Part shown: piece after piece, positions 61,625-64,000 of the stretch
How positions within the stretch are numbered: the first letter of the stretch is position 1
Layout: each line of letters begins with the position of its first letter
Assembly: GCA_963777605.1 (NCBI GenBank)
Contig: CAVZRV010000027.1
Coordinates: 1 to 64,000 of the forward strand
Direction of reading: 5' to 3'
DNA length: 64,000 nucleotides
From: an uncultured Acidobacteriota bacterium
Lineage (GTDB): Bacteria > Acidobacteriota > UBA6911 > RPQK01 > JAPXNP01
Position numbers and translations under genes: made by a program
Notes under the pieces: model-generated
The model's input: only the letters and a program-made list of their open reading frames with translations
Database searches by the model: none
What the model was told of the DNA's origin: nothing

Positions 61625-62542
61625 TCAGTTGTCTGTGGCCCTACGATCTGAACGATCACTTCCAAACTTCCCAAGGCCGTAGTCCAATGTAGTTGAATAC
61701 CTCGCCTCATAAACACAAGCATCCACGTAGAATCGGAACCAAAATCCATGAAGAACATGATAGATCAAACCTGGTGTTCCGTCGAGGAAACCGCCGCGCA
61801 CAACATACCGAAGCAGGAAGTACAGAAGGCTGCGGATGAACATGGGGCTGCGTGCGTAAATCGAAGTTCGCAACCACCTCCGCCTCTCGATCGCGGAACC
61901 AGTTATGTTCGCTTGCACCTGTCCAACCGCGGAACCAAGGGTCTTTGACCGCAATTCAGCTGCTTCCATTTGTGCCCACCGATTGTGGCGAGCGGTCCAC
62001 GAGAACAGTGATGAGGCCGTCTCTTCTATGAGATCACTTTCTAGCCTGTTTGTCCCACCGATAACCAGAAAATGCTGATCGTATCTTCGGCTCTCACACC
62101 TGCCACAACTTCTCCTAAAAACTCGGCAATGATATGTCGGGTAGATTCCTCCATGCTTAATGTAACTTCCCAGAAACCTTATCTTTCGACGTACCAGGAA
62201 GCCATTGACTCTTTCAAATTGACCCTCACTAAATGCGTTTCTGATCTGTTCAGTCAGATCAGGACTCACCCGTTCATCGGCATCGATGTGAAAAACCCAA
62301 TCATGTGAAAGTGGAAGGTTGTCTTGTGCCCAGTTCCGCTGAGACGCGTAGTCGAGAAAAGGGTGTTCAAAGATATTCCTAGTATATTGTGAAGCGATCT
62401 CTAAAGTTCTGTCGGAGCTCCCTGAGTCAACAATGAAAATTTCGTCAGCCCATCCCTCGATTGTGTCCAGGCAAGACTTGATATTCTTCTCTTCATCTTT
62501 GGTAAGCACAACAGCAGACAAAGGAATTCTACAATTCTTCAT
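61625..62542 (-). CDS. GT2 glycosyltransferase
   Basis: VLTKDEE, VDSGSSDRT, QRNWA, IDADE, GFLDG. Confidence 0.9.
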   Translation of the reverse strand: MKNCRIPLSAVVLTKDEEKNIKSCLDTIEGWADEIFIVDSGSSDRTLEIASQYTRNIFEHPFLDYASQRNWAQDNLPLSHDWVFHIDADERVSPDLTEQIRNAFSEGQFERVNGFLVRRKIRFLGSYIKHGGIYPTYHCRVFRRSCGRCESRRYDQHFLVIGGTNRLESDLIEETASSLFSWTARHNRWAQMEAAELRSKTLGSAVGQVQANITGSAIERRRWLRTSIYARSPMFIRSLLYFLLRYVVRGGFLDGTPGLIYHVLHGFWFRFYVDACVYEARYSTTLDYGLGKFGSDRSDRRATDN

Positions 62543-62551
62543 CTTAGAAAA

Positions 62552-63223
62552 CTATCCGACAATATCTGTGGACAAGGTTTGCGGAGCAGACTTCTTGAGT
62601 GCTACTATAAATTGGCACATCCAAACGGGCCAATACCGACCTATTCCTTTCCAGAAGACAGGCTCAAAACCAGCGGTCCATAAACACCGTTCTAGAGAGG
62701 CCCGAGTAAAGAACCTGATATGAGACAAATATGGGCTGTAATGTGTCTCAAAAGAAGTCAGCGCAATTAGGACATTCTTTACAAACCCATGATACGGAAC
62801 CGTTAATATCAGCGCCCCTCCAGGATCCAGTAACCGATTAAACTCTACAAGTGTGATGTGGACATCCAGGAGATGCTCCAAAACTTCTGTACACCAAATG
62901 GCACCGAACCTCCGATGACGTGAAAATGGTAGTGAAGTTTGCAGCGATGCCACCGCAAATCTACCGTGGGGAAAGCTCTTCCGTGCTTTGCCGATCGCAA
63001 ACGGCGAGAGATCGATGCTCGTCACCCTGTGGCCAAAATCGGCCATGAATTTACTGAACTCCCCACTTCCACAACCCGCATCCAGAATCGAGCACCGCTC
63101 TCCCAGATTACCCAAGATAGATTTCAGAGTGGCCTTTCGCTCCGCGACCAGAAGCCCTCCCTCGGCCGGAGATCCTCCCTCTCGCTGCCAATACCGGTCG
63201 TAGAACTCTCTACTTTCCTTCAC
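62552..63223 (-). CDS. Class I SAM-dependent methyltransferase
   Basis: ILDAGCGSG, EVLEHL, L.PGG.LILTVP; GTGA overlap with the upstream gene. Confidence 0.88.
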   Translation of the reverse strand: MKESREFYDRYWQREGGSPAEGGLLVAERKATLKSILGNLGERCSILDAGCGSGEFSKFMADFGHRVTSIDLSPFAIGKARKSFPHGRFAVASLQTSLPFSRHRRFGAIWCTEVLEHLLDVHITLVEFNRLLDPGGALILTVPYHGFVKNVLIALTSFETHYSPYLSHIRFFTRASLERCLWTAGFEPVFWKGIGRYWPVWMCQFIVALKKSAPQTLSTDIVG

Positions 63224-64000
63224 TTGGCGCCTCCCTGTAGATCCAAGTGTGCGGCCCGGTAGGCCTCTAGCGTGACTTCCGCCGTCCTCTTCCACGAGAA
63301 CCGCTGTAAGTGCGTTCTGGAACGATTCACTAGGTCTTCTCTAAAATCTCTGTCGCTAACGACTCTTTTGATAGCTGATGCCAAACCGTCCACATCGCCA
63401 AGTGCAACGATAACTCCTGCATCACCGACCACTTCTGGAAGCGAGCAACGATCCGACGCCACAACGGGGGTCTCACATGCCATTGCTTCCAGCACGGTCA
63501 ACCCAAAGCCTTCGAATCTGGAAACTGTCACGTAGACAGCCGCGGCACGGTAGAGGGCGGACAAATCCTCGTCATGAACGAATCCCAACAGCTGAACACG
63601 GTTAGCTATCCCAAGAGATTCGGCTTCTCTTTCAATCTCTATTCGAGCGCCGTAATCATTTCCAACGATAACCAAGCTCAGATCTGTACTCATCGCACCC
63701 TGGTGAAGCCGCCCCAACGCCCGAACCAGCATCAATGGGTTCTTGTGGGGCCCTACGGCCCCCACACTTAGAATGAAAGGATCTTTGACACCATACTTTG
63801 CGCAAACTCGCTTCACATCGTCATCGGTTCCAGAATAGCGCCGGCGCTCGTGCACAGCCAACGGAGTGACCACAACTTTTTCCGGAGGAATGTCCAAGTA
63901 TTGCACGATGTCACGCTTAGAGTATTCAGAGATTGTCAATACCCGTCTCGCGCGTTTCGCTGAAAGGGGGACAAACAGTCGCCAGTACGCCAGCTTCGCA
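63220..64000 (-). CDS. GT4 glycosyltransferase (MtfB/WbpY-like), 5' end beyond the window
   Basis: SVG...PHKN, EGFGLTVLEAMAC, SLPEVVGDA, FSW. Confidence 0.9.
   Translation of the reverse strand, partial: AKLAYWRLFVPLSAKRARRVLTISEYSKRDIVQYLDIPPEKVVVTPLAVHERRRYSGTDDDVKRVCAKYGVKDPFILSVGAVGPHKNPLMLVRALGRLHQGAMSTDLSLVIVGNDYGARIEIEREAESLGIANRVQLLGFVHDEDLSALYRAAAVYVTVSRFEGFGLTVLEAMACETPVVASDRCSLPEVVGDAGVIVALGDVDGLASAIKRVVSDRDFREDLVNRSRTHLQRFSWKRTAEVTLEAYRAAHLDLQGGAK

Overview
GC-rich Gram-negative bacterial chromosome segment, probably Acidobacteriota (inferred from gene content and a recurrent secreted 'YFPQI...G' domain). No rRNA, tRNA or CRISPR array was seen. Positions 1-41 kb are mostly housekeeping and envelope genes: two Gfo/Idh/MocA oxidoreductases, an OmpR-type two-component system with a PepSY-like protein, an L,D-transpeptidase, a DMT transporter, two PLP aminotransferases, kdsA/kdsD/kdsC, pyrG, an M28 peptidase, yhbY, an EAL-HDOD protein, proB/proA, DUF5916 and treS. 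This part also holds a secreted 9-heme cytochrome c with an Ig-like stalk and a TonB-receptor operon lying between pyrG and kdsA. Positions 41-64 kb are a mosaic surface-polysaccharide locus, mostly on the minus strand. It is interrupted by small cargo genes (GxxExxY, two VapBC modules, DUF4258/DUF2283), a decayed IS200 and a lower-GC block. The most unusual signal is non-coding: intergenic spaces are built from modular 7-mer arrays, 8/9-mer arrays, REP-like palindromes and a recurrent ~25-60 bp motif. These modules often come as inverted or direct pairs that bracket cargo genes, most clearly the 29-bp inverted arms around GxxExxY and the ~50-bp direct repeats around AbrB-VapC. This suggests a repeat-bounded mini-cassette system, which is an inference. 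Several single-base indels may be assembly errors rather than real pseudogenes.
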